DNA from: an uncultured Candidatus Saccharibacteria bacterium
Lineage (GTDB): Bacteria > Patescibacteriota > Minisyncoccia > Phycocordibacterales > SW-6-46-9
Direction of reading: 5' to 3'
DNA length: 64,000 nucleotides
Assembly (NCBI GenBank): GCA_964534365.1
Contig: CAZHOI010000001.1
Coordinates: forward strand, 55,560 to 119,559
The position numbers and the translations under genes were made by a program. The first letter of the stretch is position 1. The number at the start of each line of letters is the position of its first letter. The notes below the pieces were generated by a model that did not search any database, was not told where the DNA came from, and was given only the letters and a program-made list of their open reading frames with translations. Shown here piece by piece: positions 20,324-30,726 of the stretch.

Positions 20324-21217
20324 TTAATTTTTTAGAACTTCTTTTATCGCCTTTTCAATTGAACCGTATTTAAATTTGAAATTTGATGACAACATTTTAG
20401 ACTTTACACACTGGCTAAGAGATAATTCTGAAACAAAGTCGCCTAAAAAAAGTTTGGATACCTCAACTGGGACCGGAATAACTTTTGATTTAGTTTGACG
20501 AGCAATTTCGCGGCTAAACTCTCCATAAGTAGAGATTCGGGGAGCAACGGCATTGATAACCGGCGGCGCCAGCGGTTCTGCCATCGCTTCCAGATAAATT
20601 TTTACAGCATCATATTGATGAATCCAAGAAAAACACACTTGTCCATTTATTGGTCGAGGCACAATACGTAAACCAGTAGTCGATTTAAAAACTTTCATCA
20701 AGCCGCCCAAACCTATGATGTGGCCATTTCGAATGATAGTTGTTCTAACTCCATATGACTCGGCCTCGCGAGCGGAAGCTTCCCAATCTCGAGCCACTCG
20801 AGCCAAGAAATTGTCGCCTAGGTCAGAGCGTTCATCAACGTTAACCGTTCCGGAATCGCCATAAATTCCAATTGCCGAGGCTGATACCAAGGCTTCAGGT
20901 CGAAATATGGGATTTTTGAAAAACTTTACTAGATTTCTGGTACCGTCAATTCGTGAATTGTAAATAAGCTCTTTTTTACTGGTATTCCAACGTCCAAATA
21001 TTGGCTCGCCAGCCAGATTGATTACATAATTTGGTTTTTCTAAATAGTGATGTTCAGGAATACCCTCTGCCAAATCAGCCTCGACAAACATCATCTGACC
21101 ACGTTGAGGTGGCGCAATGTCTAGCGAAACTACATCAAAGCCAGAACTTAGTAACTGCTCGCCAATTAACGTCCCTAAAAATCCAGATCCGCCTGTTATT
21201 ACTACCTTTTTATTCAT
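20324..21217 (-). CDS. NAD-dependent epimerase (TIGR01777/YfcH-like)
   Basis: ITGGSGFLG, VINLAGEPIFGRWN...IYNSRIDGT, SASAIGIYG, FSWIH. Confidence 0.88.
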   Translation of the reverse strand: MNKKVVITGGSGFLGTLIGEQLLSSGFDVVSLDIAPPQRGQMMFVEADLAEGIPEHHYLEKPNYVINLAGEPIFGRWNTSKKELIYNSRIDGTRNLVKFFKNPIFRPEALVSASAIGIYGDSGTVNVDERSDLGDNFLARVARDWEASAREAESYGVRTTIIRNGHIIGLGGLMKVFKSTTGLRIVPRPINGQVCFSWIHQYDAVKIYLEAMAEPLAPPVINAVAPRISTYGEFSREIARQTKSKVIPVPVEVSKLFLGDFVSELSLSQCVKSKMLSSNFKFKYGSIEKAIKEVLKN

Positions 21218-21291
21218 TTAAATCAGTATAACAAATAGTTTAGCGCCTAAATCTAGCAGCGAAATACATTATTTATTGCTAATCTAGATCA

Positions 21292-22140
21292 ATGAGAATA
21301 TCCAGACTATTAAAAATAAGTCGACCAAGATTTTGGTTATATGAATTTGGTACTTATTTAGTTGGGTTGGTAATTGGCGCTAGCTTTATAAATTCAAATG
21401 ACTATATAGCTCTGTTTATATTTGGATTATTTTTTTTAATTCCAGCAAATATTTACATTTACGCAATTAACGATATCTATGATTATGAAACGGATAAGCT
21501 TAATGTAAAAAAGGGCGATTATGAAGCTTTGGTAACTCCCATTGAACAGTCAAAATTATGGCAATGGATCTTAGCGACTAATTTACCGTTTGTGATTGCA
21601 GGATTTATGCTAGAGCTAAGTCTACCAGCTTGGTTTTGGCTAATAGCATTTTGGTTTTTTGCCGGCTTTTATTCTGCGCCCCCAATACGAGCTAAAACTA
21701 AACCAATTATTGATTCGTTATTTTCAGGAGCCCATTATGTAGCGACGGGTGTTTTTGCCTATGTCCTAGTCTCTGGTCTGGATCCAAACTGGCTTGCTAT
21801 TACTGGCGCGATGCTGTGGACGACAGCAATGCATATTTATTCAGCTATCCCCGATATTCAGGCTGACAAAGAGGCAGGGATGAAAACTTTTGCCATTTTA
21901 CTGGGGGCAAGAAATACTATATTACTGTGTACTATTTGCTATGGTTTATCGGCCGCGATATTAGCACTGTTCACCCATCCAGTTATCGGTATCATTTTAT
22001 TCTTGCCATATGTATGGTTAATGTATCAATCTGATTTAGCCAGATCTGATTATAAAAAACTGTTCGCCCTGTATAAAAAATTCCCTTTACTTAATGCAAT
22101 CGTTGGTATGACCCTTTTCTTTATATTCCTTTTATACTGA
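21292..22140 (+). CDS. UbiA-family prenyltransferase, lycopene elongase (LyeJ/CrtEb)-like
   Basis: ISRPRFWLY, NDIYDYETD, YSAPPIRAKTKP, AMHIYSAIPDIQADKEAGMKT; near crtI/crtB. Confidence 0.8.
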   Translation: MRISRLLKISRPRFWLYEFGTYLVGLVIGASFINSNDYIALFIFGLFFLIPANIYIYAINDIYDYETDKLNVKKGDYEALVTPIEQSKLWQWILATNLPFVIAGFMLELSLPAWFWLIAFWFFAGFYSAPPIRAKTKPIIDSLFSGAHYVATGVFAYVLVSGLDPNWLAITGAMLWTTAMHIYSAIPDIQADKEAGMKTFAILLGARNTILLCTICYGLSAAILALFTHPVIGIILFLPYVWLMYQSDLARSDYKKLFALYKKFPLLNAIVGMTLFFIFLLY

Positions 22141-22525
22141 TTACACCACAGATTTAACAACCCATTGGGTAACTGTCACCCACCCCACCATAGTATTCAT
22201 TATGGCGATATATCACCATACAATCTCCGCGGTGTAAAGCTATCTATCATTTAGTGATTCTAGTCCTTTGTGGCTATAAACTTGCTTTATCATCTATCAT
22301 TAAACTCTCTTCCCTTTGTAGTCCCATCCATTACTTTTGGTATTATATATAACACTAGAGTTGTCTTATTGAATGTAGAATGTAGATGTAAATTGAATGT
22401 AGAATGTCAATTAATAAATTGGTTACTGCAAAGTCTTCCAACATAACAGAAAATCCCATCGTAAAACAGAATTTTCTGCGAGGGATTACGTTTATTTCAA
22501 CACCCTTATTTGTAAAATGCCAAGC

Positions 22526-22971
22526 CTACTCCCCGGCCAATGTTTTTAAGAGGCTTGGACCAACAATTGCGTTGGGGACCTCAAAACTTAGGACCATTTG
22601 CGCTAGCTGATAATCATTGCCATAAGAGCCTTTACGCCAAATTACCAGCCCAGAGCTGCGGAAGCGTCCATAAGCCTCGCTATTTAGCATCTGGAAAAAA
22701 GTGTAGAAGCACCTTTGACCAGGTACCAAATGCTCTATCACTGACGTGCAACGATCTGGCTCAATTTCCATCCAGAATCAGATTCACGCAGAAGTTTTCG
22801 CACCTCTTGAATGTCCCACACTTCACCCTCGTCGGTTCCAATCCATTCTGCATACGGTTCAGATATATAATTCAGCATTAAATCATCCTTTTCTGCGAGG
22901 ATTTGCCAGTGCCATTTTAGAAATCTATTCACGTCTTGAAAAGCCTTATCAACAGGAGTAAGGTGCTTCAT
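22526..22971 (-). pseudogene. frameshifted NTF2/SnoaL-like protein
   Basis: ORFs 22738-22971 (WIGTDEGEVW) and 22526-22771 (GRFRSSGLV...YQLAQMVLSFEVPN) overlap in different frames and together read as one SnoaL-like domain; break near 22770. Confidence 0.55.
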
Positions 22972-23082
22972 TTTATTAAGGGCTTGGAAGAACCTGGGCG
23001 ATCCAGGCTTCCGTTTATTGTCATGAATTTATGAAAACAAACAGAAACCTAGCAGCATCTATTTTGTTTTATACAACAAATC

Positions 23083-24633
23083 TTATCGATTAACGAGATC
23101 CGAAACCTTTAAGGGTCTAGGATGATTGATGTTTCGAATGCGTTTATAAGCGTTCTGTCCGGATATGGCAGCAATTGACGTGCCGATACCAGGATTGGTT
23201 CCCGCACCACAAAAATACAAATTGGAGATGTTTTTGTGAACGTTATTGGGACGAAATACGGTTGATTGCATCATGGTATGCGCCAATCCCAACCCAGTTC
23301 CCTGCGGGGCGTGATAGCGAGCTTTGAAATCGGAATAGGTAAAAACCCTTTCGAATTCAATTCTTTTTTTAAAATTCTCTATACCCATTTCAGCTTCGAT
23401 CAACTGATAAATTCTATCTTTAAACTCTTCCTTAAATTCGGGCGTCATCGATAATCCAGGAGCCACAGGACATAATATGTATAGATTCTCCTTGCCCGGC
23501 GGTGCCACATCGGGATCGGTTTTCGAAGTAACACATACATAAAAAGACGGGTCTTCTGGCCAAATTCGCTCTGTAAAAATTTCCGAAAATCCTTTTTCCC
23601 AATCTTTTTGAAATCGAAAATTATGATGGATTAATTCAGGGACATCGCCATCTATACCTAGATAGATTAGGAATGCACTAGGGGCATAAACTCGTTTGTC
23701 CCAGTACTTATCAGAATATTGCTGATATTTTTTCGGTAGTAATTGCTGGTCAGTCCAAGTGATATCAGCGTTCGAGATTACATTTTTGGCCTGGATCACT
23801 TCCCCATTAATTAGTCGTACTCCAGTAGCCTGGTGGTTTTTAATCAAGATTTCCCCTACTTCGCTGTTAACAAGATATTTAGCGCCATAACTTTCTCCAA
23901 TTTTTTTATATAGTTTTATTAGCTCGTAGTAACCACCTTGTGGGTAGTACACTCCACCAGCAAAATCTATGTGATTCATCAACGTGTAGAGCGCGGGGGT
24001 GTTTTTTGGGTCTGAACCAATAAAAATCAAAACGTACTCTAGAATCTTGATTAGTTCTGGGGAATTAAATTCCCGCTTTACAACAGAATGAACTGATTTT
24101 ACTAAATCGCTCAGATTACCCAGGTTTTTACCACGATTGACTAGGTCGCGGTTGAAAAAGTCGCCAAGACCCTGATAATTTCGGTACATAAATAAATCAT
24201 AACCAAGCTGATATTTTTCTTTTGCTTCTTCAAGCCAGGTTTTTAATTTATTACTTGATCCTGGTTCCAGTTCTTCAAATAGTTCATATATTCGGTTCAG
24301 ATCACCACTAGGGACATCGATAAATTCTCGATCTGATCCAGCGTCAAATACTCGATAAGCAGGGTCAAGCGGTACCAAATTCAGTTCATTATGTATATCA
24401 ACATCAAACAACTTAAAAGTTTGTTCCCATACATCCAATTGCATAAACCAACTAGGCCCCATGTCAAAAAAATACCCGTCAGTTTCAAAATAACTAGCCC
24501 GACCGCCAACATGGTCATTTTTCTCGAGCACTAAAACCGAATCCCCATTACGAGCCAGTAAATTGGCCAAAGTTAATCCGGCGATACCTGAACCAATAAT
24601 TAAGTGATCATAGACTAGTTTATAATCGGTCAT
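23083..24633 (-). CDS. crtI: phytoene desaturase family protein
   Basis: IIGSGIAGL, EKNDHVGGRA, FDMGPSW, YPQGG, DPSFYVCVTSKTDPDVAPPG, GLAHTMMQSTVFRP, NLYFCGAGTNPGIG. Confidence 0.9.
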   Translation of the reverse strand: MTDYKLVYDHLIIGSGIAGLTLANLLARNGDSVLVLEKNDHVGGRASYFETDGYFFDMGPSWFMQLDVWEQTFKLFDVDIHNELNLVPLDPAYRVFDAGSDREFIDVPSGDLNRIYELFEELEPGSSNKLKTWLEEAKEKYQLGYDLFMYRNYQGLGDFFNRDLVNRGKNLGNLSDLVKSVHSVVKREFNSPELIKILEYVLIFIGSDPKNTPALYTLMNHIDFAGGVYYPQGGYYELIKLYKKIGESYGAKYLVNSEVGEILIKNHQATGVRLINGEVIQAKNVISNADITWTDQQLLPKKYQQYSDKYWDKRVYAPSAFLIYLGIDGDVPELIHHNFRFQKDWEKGFSEIFTERIWPEDPSFYVCVTSKTDPDVAPPGKENLYILCPVAPGLSMTPEFKEEFKDRIYQLIEAEMGIENFKKRIEFERVFTYSDFKARYHAPQGTGLGLAHTMMQSTVFRPNNVHKNISNLYFCGAGTNPGIGTSIAAISGQNAYKRIRNINHPRPLKVSDLVNR

Positions 24634-25504
24634 ATTTGCGGTTGTAATACCAAACGTTTTTCATGGTTTTGATTTTTTCCAGCTTGGCAGGTTCAAATTG
24701 CGGTGCGGTAAAAACATCATAATCATTCCTCTCTATTTGACCTAGAATATCCTCGTATATTTCGGCCGCCATTCTGATTGGCAATCGTGACGAATGTGGC
24801 AAGAAATTAATATACGGTATCGCCTCTTCATACCACGTATGAGCAATTTCTATATAGTATTTGATTAATGCCCTAATATTTTCAGTGGTTCTCAGTTCAA
24901 GCAAATCCTCCTCGTTAACACCAAACTTTTTCATATCCTCATTAGCCAAATAGATACGATTACGAATTGTAATATCCTCGCGCACGTCACGTATGAAATT
25001 TGTTAACTGCATTGCATCACCTAATAATTTGGCGCCCCGCAATGTTTCGTCACCGCCTCGATACCCAACAATATGCGAGACTATCAACCCGATGACCGAA
25101 GCTGATCCATACATATAATCTTTTAATTCAGCAAATGTTTCATATCGGGGTTTCTCTAAATCTTGAGCCATCGCGGCTAAAAAATCCTCGGAATAGGAAA
25201 AAGGAATATTATATCGTTGCCACACATGTGCCGCTGCTCGCAGAACTGGCGAATCAGATGGCTGACCCTGATACGTATCAATCCAATCTTGTGCCCATTG
25301 CCCTAGTTTTAAAATAGGTTTTTCTACAGTTGGATCATCTACAATTTGATCAGAAACTCTGACAAAAGCATAAATTATCCATATTGCTTTGCGAATTTCG
25401 CGCGGGTAAAATCTTGAGGCATTGTAATAATTAAAACTATACTGTTTGACTATATTACGACAATATTCGACATCTTGATCTTTAAATTCGCTAATAAAAT
25501 CCAT
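24620..25504 (-). CDS. crtB: phytoene synthase
   Basis: IYAFVRVSDQIVDD, YETFAELKDYMYGSASVIG, LGDAMQLTNFIRDVRED, RIYL. Confidence 0.92.
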   Translation of the reverse strand: MDFISEFKDQDVEYCRNIVKQYSFNYYNASRFYPREIRKAIWIIYAFVRVSDQIVDDPTVEKPILKLGQWAQDWIDTYQGQPSDSPVLRAAAHVWQRYNIPFSYSEDFLAAMAQDLEKPRYETFAELKDYMYGSASVIGLIVSHIVGYRGGDETLRGAKLLGDAMQLTNFIRDVREDITIRNRIYLANEDMKKFGVNEEDLLELRTTENIRALIKYYIEIAHTWYEEAIPYINFLPHSSRLPIRMAAEIYEDILGQIERNDYDVFTAPQFEPAKLEKIKTMKNVWYYNRKYDRL

Positions 25505-25615
25505 TTGAAATAGTATAACAATTATTTTGTTTAATTAGGTAGTTTTTATTGATTTGCAGATAACTAGTACTAGAACTAATTTATTGACCGTTACTAAATG
25601 ATGAATTTGTCATAA

Positions 25616-27169
25616 TCAAGTGTGGCGACACAAAATTTCGTTTTTATCGTTCGCAGAATAATAAGGCTGCAATTTTGTCAGTCGCGATAATTCTGCTGTA
25701 GCCAAAGCCAATTTTTGGTCCAAGCCAGACATTCGATCCAAGTGTGATGTGGTACGTGACATACGAGCGTTTTGTTCCATAAAATCTCGATGCAGGTGCA
25801 TAAATCGCCAGTACATCGCATCCCATTTGGCTGACCAATGATCAGGATCACTTTGATCACGGCGATAATTGCTCATCTTGGCAATATAATTCGAGCTAGA
25901 GATATATGGTTTGGTAGCCATGATTCCTCCATCTGCAAATAGTCCCATTGAATAAACATTTGGCACCATCACCCAATCATAGGCATCTATAAACATTTCC
26001 ATAAACCACCCGTACACGTGATCTGGATCAAATTCTGCCAAAACACAAAAATTAGCAACTATCATCAAACGCTCAATATGATGAGTATAGGCAGTTTTTC
26101 TAACTTTTTTTATTACTTGATCAATTGGTTTAATTCCAATCTTCTCGCCATTCCAAAAATTAATTGGTAGTGGTTGAGAATGTTTGAAAAAGTTTTTATT
26201 CCTCATCTCAACCCCGCGGTGTAAATACAACCCGTGCATAAATTCGCGCCAACCAATCAATTGCCTAATAAACCCCTCGACTGAATTGATCGGTATATTA
26301 TTTGTTTCCGCATATTGTAGAGATCGATTAATAACATATTTTACTTCTAATAATCCGGTGTTGATTAATGGCGACAAGGCTGAATGAAATAAAATAGATT
26401 CTGATTCCTTTTGAATCGCATCTTCATAAGGGCCAAAATCTTGAAATCGGTTACTAAGGAATTCTTCAAACCAATTAATAGCTGCAACATGATCGGCTGG
26501 AAACCAAAACTGATCAGCTTGACCTGGATGATCCGAGAATTCAGCCCTTACATAATTTATCGCTTGCTTGACGTATTCGCTAGAATTTGATTTTGGATTG
26601 TTGGGCAAAATTATATTTTTGGGTAGAGGTTTACGATTAAGTTGATCGTAATTCCATTGATTACCAACAGGCTGATTATCATCAGTCATTAAAAACCCGC
26701 GCTTAATTCGTTCACTGCGGTACCAGCTCTCCATTCGGAAATTCTTGACGTCTCGATTGAAATAATCTGCTAGTTCTGACCTAGTATTCAAGAATAATGG
26801 AGATTCAAGCCATTTAAAGTTGCAATGATTATCACTTTTAACCCAGGCGTTAATTCTTCTTTCAAGTAAATAATCAGATGGATAATAGGCTTTTATATCA
26901 GTGTACCCAGCCTTTATAGCCTGGTCGAGTACGGTGATACTATTATCCAGTTCACTATGATTTAAATAGCGAACCTGATAGGTTCCATAATCATTCAATT
27001 TGTCATACAAGGCCTTCATAGACGCTCGATGTAAAACTAGTTTTTGCTGATGATATTTAAAATGAGAGAAAAATAAAGGCTCCTCGACAAACCAAATAGC
27101 CGACACTCCCTGGTAATGCCGTTTATCAAAAAATACTGAATTTGGATAAACCAGATGCAGCGTTGACAT
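25616..27169 (-). CDS. cryptochrome/photolyase, bacterial (6-4) photolyase PhrB-like lacking Fe-S cysteines
   Basis: HQQKLVLHRASM, WNYDQLNRK, FGPYEDAI, FHSALSP, EGFIRQLIGWREF, HHIERLM, DAYDWVM, TKPYISSSNYI; start placed at MSTLHLVYP. Confidence 0.88.
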   Translation of the reverse strand: MSTLHLVYPNSVFFDKRHYQGVSAIWFVEEPLFFSHFKYHQQKLVLHRASMKALYDKLNDYGTYQVRYLNHSELDNSITVLDQAIKAGYTDIKAYYPSDYLLERRINAWVKSDNHCNFKWLESPLFLNTRSELADYFNRDVKNFRMESWYRSERIKRGFLMTDDNQPVGNQWNYDQLNRKPLPKNIILPNNPKSNSSEYVKQAINYVRAEFSDHPGQADQFWFPADHVAAINWFEEFLSNRFQDFGPYEDAIQKESESILFHSALSPLINTGLLEVKYVINRSLQYAETNNIPINSVEGFIRQLIGWREFMHGLYLHRGVEMRNKNFFKHSQPLPINFWNGEKIGIKPIDQVIKKVRKTAYTHHIERLMIVANFCVLAEFDPDHVYGWFMEMFIDAYDWVMVPNVYSMGLFADGGIMATKPYISSSNYIAKMSNYRRDQSDPDHWSAKWDAMYWRFMHLHRDFMEQNARMSRTTSHLDRMSGLDQKLALATAELSRLTKLQPYYSANDKNEILCRHT

Positions 27170-27171
27170 AT

Positions 27172-28260
27172 TTAGGTAATGAACACTAAAATCCGACCCA
27201 GGAATCGCTGCCACCAAGACGGGCGAACATCTTGCAGCATCTCTTCATCAACATAATAATAATCACCCCCCAACCATCGATTCACTTGTGAATTTATTAA
27301 CTCGACTTTGGAACCTTCTTCAAAGTCAATATTAAGTTCGTGATTAAATACCAGGCTAAGGTAATCAAGGTTGGTAGAACCAAAACTGGCCCAATTATCA
27401 GCCGTAACAATTTTGGCGTGGTTCATATGATCGGTGAAATAGATTTTGAGTCCCAGGGGTTGAAGCTGTTTTAAATACCACCACCGAGCCCAATCAGCCA
27501 AGCCATGATCGGTTTGTTTAGGAGTCAGTAATTTTATCTCTAATCCATCCTTTAATTTTTCTTTTAATACTCGATACAAACGAAGCGGAGGGGTAAAATA
27601 TGGTGTAACTAAGCATACTTTATTTTTGGCTACTAAAATATGTTCTGATATTTGCTCATAAACATGTCGATTACCAATACCTGGCGAGTTACCAACCAGC
27701 CTAATTTCAGGTGATAATTTGGAAAACGGTGCAATAGACCTTTTTCCGGTGACCAAGCGTTCATGCTGTTTAATTAATTCAGAATGCAGCTCTTCTCCAA
27801 ACTGATTTGAATCAATCCGCCAGTTATAATCTTGCCAATCACGAAACTCTTCTTTCATTACCGTACCACCAATCCAGCTAATTTGCTGATCAATTAATAG
27901 AACTTTGCGGTGATTCCTTACAAAAAAACGGATTGGAGTAGTGGCATTTCGCAACGGAATAGTTTGATAAAAATTCAGCTCTACTCCACTGTTTCGGAGC
28001 CGCTTTTTCAAACCTTTATTTTTCAACAAAGAAATACTGCCTACCGCGTCCAGATTAAGCGCCACATCTACTCCCTTTTCGGCCGCGGCGATAAATGCCT
28101 TCACAAATTCTAAACCAATTTGACCTTCACTAAATGACAAGAAAATAAATTGCTCGAACACTATTGATTTATTGGCTGCATTAATATCATCAAGCATTTT
28201 TTGCCAAGTTTCTTCAGCAAGATTAAAAACTTTTATTTGTGAATTAAGTAACTCGGACAT
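27172..28260 (-). CDS. phospholipase D family protein / cardiolipin synthase-like
   Basis: Two HKD motifs (NHRKVLLID, NHAKIVTAD), GSTNLDYLS. Confidence 0.88.
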   Translation of the reverse strand: MSELLNSQIKVFNLAEETWQKMLDDINAANKSIVFEQFIFLSFSEGQIGLEFVKAFIAAAEKGVDVALNLDAVGSISLLKNKGLKKRLRNSGVELNFYQTIPLRNATTPIRFFVRNHRKVLLIDQQISWIGGTVMKEEFRDWQDYNWRIDSNQFGEELHSELIKQHERLVTGKRSIAPFSKLSPEIRLVGNSPGIGNRHVYEQISEHILVAKNKVCLVTPYFTPPLRLYRVLKEKLKDGLEIKLLTPKQTDHGLADWARWWYLKQLQPLGLKIYFTDHMNHAKIVTADNWASFGSTNLDYLSLVFNHELNIDFEEGSKVELINSQVNRWLGGDYYYVDEEMLQDVRPSWWQRFLGRILVFIT

Positions 28261-28261
28261 A

Positions 28262-29665
28262 TTAATTAATTAGTCTAAACCAACGAGCTATGATGGATTT
28301 TACGCGTGGAGTTAAGGATTGCTCGCTTTGGTCGTGTAGTAAAACTGACTGCCACACCTGACCCATGGTGGGATAAGCATAAAATTTATTGCGCAAACTA
28401 GCAATAGATAAATTATTTTCCTGGGCCAGCATTAACTCCTGAATTAATTCTCCAGCCTTGGGGGCTACTACCGTACCACCGCACATTCGCTCTCTGCGTG
28501 AGTAGGGTTTTTTAGCGACTAACAACTGGTAAGCGGCGTCTTGATAATCATCAGTCATAGCTCGATCATTATCAGCAAAATCACCTTTAATGATTCTAAA
28601 CTTAACACCTTGTTTGCGCAGTTGCTTGATCGAATAACCGAACGTGGCTACTTCATAATTTGTAAAAGTAATCCAAGGTACTATTTTTTTACGCGGTTGG
28701 CAGGTTTTAAATGGGTTCAGCCAGTTGCGTAAATTGGTACGAGCGTGCTCTTCGGCCATGTGCGAAAACAAAGGGTCACGACTGGCATCTCCGGCAAATA
28801 TAATTGAGCTATTAGATTCGGACCGTCGAGCTGAATCTAAAATCGGCTGACCCTGATTATCAGTTTTTATTTGTGCAGCTGCTAAATTTAATTCTTTATA
28901 ATCATAAACCCGACCTACCGCCATTAGTAGATGACTTACTGATTCAGAAAGTTTGGTGGTTTCATTTTTATCAGCTTGTTTAATATGCAGCCGGTTGCCG
29001 TAATCAATTTTTTCAACCTCACTATTCAAACATACTACTACCCCAGCCTGGGCAAGCTTTTTGCAAATTAAATTACCCGCAAAATCTGGATCTTTGTCCA
29101 GCAAATGAGGACCTCGCTCTAACAGAGTCACTTTGATACCTAGATTTATAAATGCCTGCGCCATTTCGCAACCAATGGGACCACCGCCAATAATTGCCAA
29201 ATGAGTTGGATTTTTAATATCAAACAGCTGTTCATTAGTAACTACTATCGTACTACCATGATTTTCAACCTCGATCGTTCGCGGCCGAGATCCAGTGGCA
29301 ACTACAATTTTGTGACTAGTATATTCATTACCAGCCACTTTAATCTGATTTCTGCCAATAAATTGGGCAGTTCCAAATATTAAATCAACTCCTTTGGCTT
29401 GAAGTTGACCAGGTGATTCCTGGAGCAATACCTTCTGCTGCACGCTCTTAACATATTTAATTGCCTGATCAAATTTAGAATAATTGCGCGAGGCATATAA
29501 TAATGCCTTCGAAGGAATGCAGCCAGTATGCACACACTCACCACCAATTTTATTTTTGTTTTTATCTATAATTAAAACCTTTAAACCCAGTTCAGCGGCT
29601 GCCAATCCGGTAGCCAAACCGCCCGAGCCCGCTCCTATGCAGATAACATCGTAGCGGTTTTTCAT
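28262..29665 (-). CDS. class I pyridine nucleotide-disulfide oxidoreductase (Lpd/MerA-like)
   Basis: IGAGSGG, redox-active GGECVHTGCIPSK, IIGGGPIGCEMAQ, YAYPT. Confidence 0.88.
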   Translation of the reverse strand: MKNRYDVICIGAGSGGLATGLAAAELGLKVLIIDKNKNKIGGECVHTGCIPSKALLYASRNYSKFDQAIKYVKSVQQKVLLQESPGQLQAKGVDLIFGTAQFIGRNQIKVAGNEYTSHKIVVATGSRPRTIEVENHGSTIVVTNEQLFDIKNPTHLAIIGGGPIGCEMAQAFINLGIKVTLLERGPHLLDKDPDFAGNLICKKLAQAGVVVCLNSEVEKIDYGNRLHIKQADKNETTKLSESVSHLLMAVGRVYDYKELNLAAAQIKTDNQGQPILDSARRSESNSSIIFAGDASRDPLFSHMAEEHARTNLRNWLNPFKTCQPRKKIVPWITFTNYEVATFGYSIKQLRKQGVKFRIIKGDFADNDRAMTDDYQDAAYQLLVAKKPYSRRERMCGGTVVAPKAGELIQELMLAQENNLSIASLRNKFYAYPTMGQVWQSVLLHDQSEQSLTPRVKSIIARWFRLIN

Positions 29666-29732
29666 CCTTAATATTATAGCCTAGATTAACTAATTCTAAA
29701 TATTACCAATTTGTTATATAATTTAATTTGTA

Positions 29733-30710
29733 ATGGTTTTCGAAATACTAAAAAGTATCAAGGGTAAAAACCCTGCCCCACATCAATTAGATAGCAACTC
29801 TCAGTTGAAAGTTTCTGATTGTCAAAATGTTAAAGGAATTAAATTGCATTTCGAGGGAGTTCCAAATAATCGCGATGTCTACAACATTAGTGCCCCGTTT
29901 AATTATCAAGGGCGAACTTACTTAGCCGGTCGAGTTGAATCCCGCCAGGCCCAAGATTCAATATCAGGATTTTTTCGTCGAACTCAGCCTGGTATTTATA
30001 ATTTTTGTTCCGAGTTCCCCTTTTATAAATTAGAAGACCCATTTTTTACCTGGGTTGGTGATACGTTTATATTCGGCGGCGTAGAAATTGAAAAAAAGGG
30101 CGAGAGCTTGTCTTATCGCACCTTATTTCACCGCGGTTCTGGGCCTGATGATTTAGAAGACGAGCCGTTTGCTAAAGGTCCTGAAAATATGAAAGACATC
30201 CGAATCAAGCAGTTGCCTGACGGTCACATAATTGTGTTTACCAGACCACAAGGATTTATTGGCGGTCGCGGCAAAATTGGTATCACGATGCTTGACTCGC
30301 TAGAAGAATTAAAACCTGGAGTATTAGACAATGCCACTTTGCTCTATACAGGAATTGGCCAAGACGATTGGGGTGGCGTAAATGAAATCCATGTACTAGA
30401 CGATCAGTGGTTAGGACTGTTGGCCCATCAGGCAGAATTCAGAGATTGCAATAATGATGGCAATGACGATTGTCGGCGTTATGTAGCGACTACCTTTAAA
30501 TACAATTGGAAAACCGGACAGGTTACCCAGATGAAGAAAATTGCCAGTCGTGAACAATTTCCTACTGGACCTTCAAAACGACCAGATTTAGAAGACGTTA
30601 TTTTTGCCGGGGGGATAGTTAGACGCGATGATGGCATGGCGGAATTGTATTGTGGATTATCTGATACCGAAGCAGGCTATTTAGTTATTCCAGACCCTTT
30701 CAACGATTAG
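29733..30710 (+). CDS. DUF1861 family beta-propeller (mannosyltransferase/phosphorylase-like)
   Basis: DVYNISAPF, GRVESR, LEDPF, GPENMKDIR, VFTRPQG, WGGVNEIH, DLEDVIFAGG, YCGLSD. Confidence 0.82.
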   Translation: MVFEILKSIKGKNPAPHQLDSNSQLKVSDCQNVKGIKLHFEGVPNNRDVYNISAPFNYQGRTYLAGRVESRQAQDSISGFFRRTQPGIYNFCSEFPFYKLEDPFFTWVGDTFIFGGVEIEKKGESLSYRTLFHRGSGPDDLEDEPFAKGPENMKDIRIKQLPDGHIIVFTRPQGFIGGRGKIGITMLDSLEELKPGVLDNATLLYTGIGQDDWGGVNEIHVLDDQWLGLLAHQAEFRDCNNDGNDDCRRYVATTFKYNWKTGQVTQMKKIASREQFPTGPSKRPDLEDVIFAGGIVRRDDGMAELYCGLSDTEAGYLVIPDPFND

Positions 30711-30726
30711 CTGCTGGTAAATCTTT

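Noticed and set aside
28262-29665. mercuric reductase merA
   Set aside because: No C-terminal Cys-Cys pair or mer operon context; left as a generic disulfide oxidoreductase.
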